DNA of 64,000 nucleotides from Candidatus Poribacteria bacterium (GTDB lineage Bacteria; Poribacteria; WGA-4E; WGA-3G): NCBI GenBank assembly GCA_965205025.1, contig CBDBFU010000024.1, positions 10,008 to 74,007 of the forward strand, read 5' to 3'. Shown piece by piece: positions 62,439 to 64,000 of this stretch (position 1 is its first letter; each line of letters starts with the position of its first letter). The notes under the pieces were generated by a model. It saw only the letters and a program-made list of their open reading frames with translations, ran no database searches and was not told where the DNA came from. The position numbers and the translations under genes were made by a program.

Positions 62439-63459
62439 TTGAGCCGTAACATATTTTGCCTTATCATTTTTATTTTTCTCTTGTCTATATCATTCACAGG
62501 TCCTGTGATGGCACGTCCCGATAGCCATGCGCCGATTGGTGTGGTGGGGGAACATGGACATAAAGCAGGTGAAATGATGCTTGCTTATGTTCATGACGAT
62601 GGATATGCGGGGGCTACAATCTGGCACAGATACCGTAGAAACAGCGGATGTGCTAAAAGATTTTATGATGGCACCGATAGCAATGGATATGAGAATGCAC
62701 ATGTTTGGTGTCATGTTTGCACCGCATGACAAAATTACGCTCATGGCGATGCCAAGTTATCAACAGCGCCACATGGAAATGAAGGGTGCACATCAGCATG
62801 CAACAGGACATCACGATCATCCAATAGGCATACACGAAATGTCAAGTGCTGGCATCGGTGATGTCAAACTGGACTCACTTTTGACACTATGGAAAAGGGA
62901 TAACTTCACGCTGCTCGGTAATGTGGGTGTATCGTTTCCTACAGGATCCATTGCACAGCAAGCAGATGATGGAAGCGTTCTTCCGTATCCTATGCAATTA
63001 GGTAGCGGTTCTTTTGAAGCACGTCCTGGGATAACGTTTTTCGGAACGCGAGGGAATTGGTCTTACGGTGGTCAGCTGCGTGGGACATTTCTGTTGAATA
63101 CCAATTCAAGCGAGTATCGGCACGGGAACACGCTTACTGCTACAACTTGGGGTGCGAGGCGGGTTAGCAATTGGATCAGTCTCAGCGCGAGGTTACTATT
63201 TTCGCATAATGGAAGTATAACGGGGAACCATCCAGATTTGGATCCAATCAGGAGTCCGAGTCACCGACCTGATTTTCGAGGGTTCAATAGACTTGATGTT
63301 GCGATTTCAAGCAATTTGATCGTTCCGACAGGCACACTGGCAGGACAACGTCTCGCTATTGAGTTCATGCTGCCTGTTTATCAATACATCTCTGGAACGC
63401 AACTTAAAAACACCTGGAAACTCGTTTTCGGTTGGCAATACGCTTTCCAGCTATTGTAA
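62439..63459 (+). pseudogene. Outer-membrane transporter-like (MetA-pathway/SphA-like beta-barrel) protein, frameshift at ~62589
   Basis: TTG start after AAGGAG; ARPDSHAPIGVVGEHGH; second frame MDMRMHM, His-rich loop, GIGDVK, SFPTGSI, LPYPMQLGSGS, terminal GWQYAF. Confidence 0.75.
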
Positions 63460-63499
63460 AAGTCCTCACCAGAAAGTAAGAACAATAGATATATTGTAT

Positions 63500-64000
63500 A
63501 TGAGATCAGAACACCTTCCTTGGCATAGAATAGTAAATTATCTGTTCGGAGGACTCTTTTTTATCACTATCGGGTATTGGGTGAAAAAGAATCTTATTAT
63601 ATATGATGAAAAAGTACTCATTTCTTGGTATGAATCTTCCTATCTATCAATCTCTTTTCCGCTGTGGTGTGTAAACCTAATTGGCGGGGCCCTCCTACTT
63701 TACACACTTCTTTTGATACTTCCCAATTTTACACTATTGCAGCAACACAGGAGACCAGCTCTTGTTTTTAGCATTTTGTTACCGATCTGTACATTGCCAT
63801 TGTACGCCCAATTTAACGATGTAAAACGGCTTTCAGATGTATATAGCATGCTTGTTATTAGTGTTGGCATAGCTTTATGTTTTCGCGGATTAAATGGCAT
63901 GCAACTCTCCCATATTCATAAAATCTGCTCTCATATTGTCCAATGGATCCGCAATGTTCGCACACGTACATTTATGATTGGGGTATCTATCGGATGTGTG
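63500..64000 (+). CDS. Polytopic membrane protein, 5' part (runs off the window)
   Basis: Open frame MRSEHLPWHRIVNYLFGG... with several hydrophobic helices. Confidence 0.7.
   Translation, partial: MRSEHLPWHRIVNYLFGGLFFITIGYWVKKNLIIYDEKVLISWYESSYLSISFPLWCVNLIGGALLLYTLLLILPNFTLLQQHRRPALVFSILLPICTLPLYAQFNDVKRLSDVYSMLVISVGIALCFRGLNGMQLSHIHKICSHIVQWIRNVRTRTFMIGVSIGCV

Overview
AT-rich bacterial window. It is most likely Candidatus Poribacteria, inferred from the C-terminal VDPKxKLxTTWGxLK motif, the expanded LP[DE]GAxARxGxG-WD40 family, the ECF sigma-WD40 fusion and Planctomycete-type genes. Contents from start to end: (1) a decayed BlaI/BlaR1-like pair heading a DUF1501 / PQQ-propeller / DUF1549-DUF1553 / cytochrome c-WD40 cluster; (2) paired lipoproteins, a HAD hydrolase and a 1.1-kb inverted-repeat-bounded element; (3) an FG-GAP/ASPIC-UnbV protein and two malectin-like proteins; (4) five tandem Gfo/Idh/MocA paralogs; (5) a two-gene putative anti-phage operon (Mrr-like nuclease-STAND ATPase plus Cthe_2314-like HEPN); (6) metabolic genes; (7) an ECF sigma-WD40 fusion followed by secreted WD40 paralogs; (8) an IS/MITE hotspot with nested elements and target-site duplications; (9) a repeatedly duplicated 50-64 kb cassette. 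That cassette holds the strongest novelty candidate: two secreted proteins with a near-identical leader and unrelated C-termini (one nuclease-toxin-like with two tandem immunity-like genes, one Cys-rich), plus an orphan immunity-like gene. No rRNA, tRNA, CRISPR array or reverse transcriptase was seen. All family calls come from motif recognition by eye, not from database searches.
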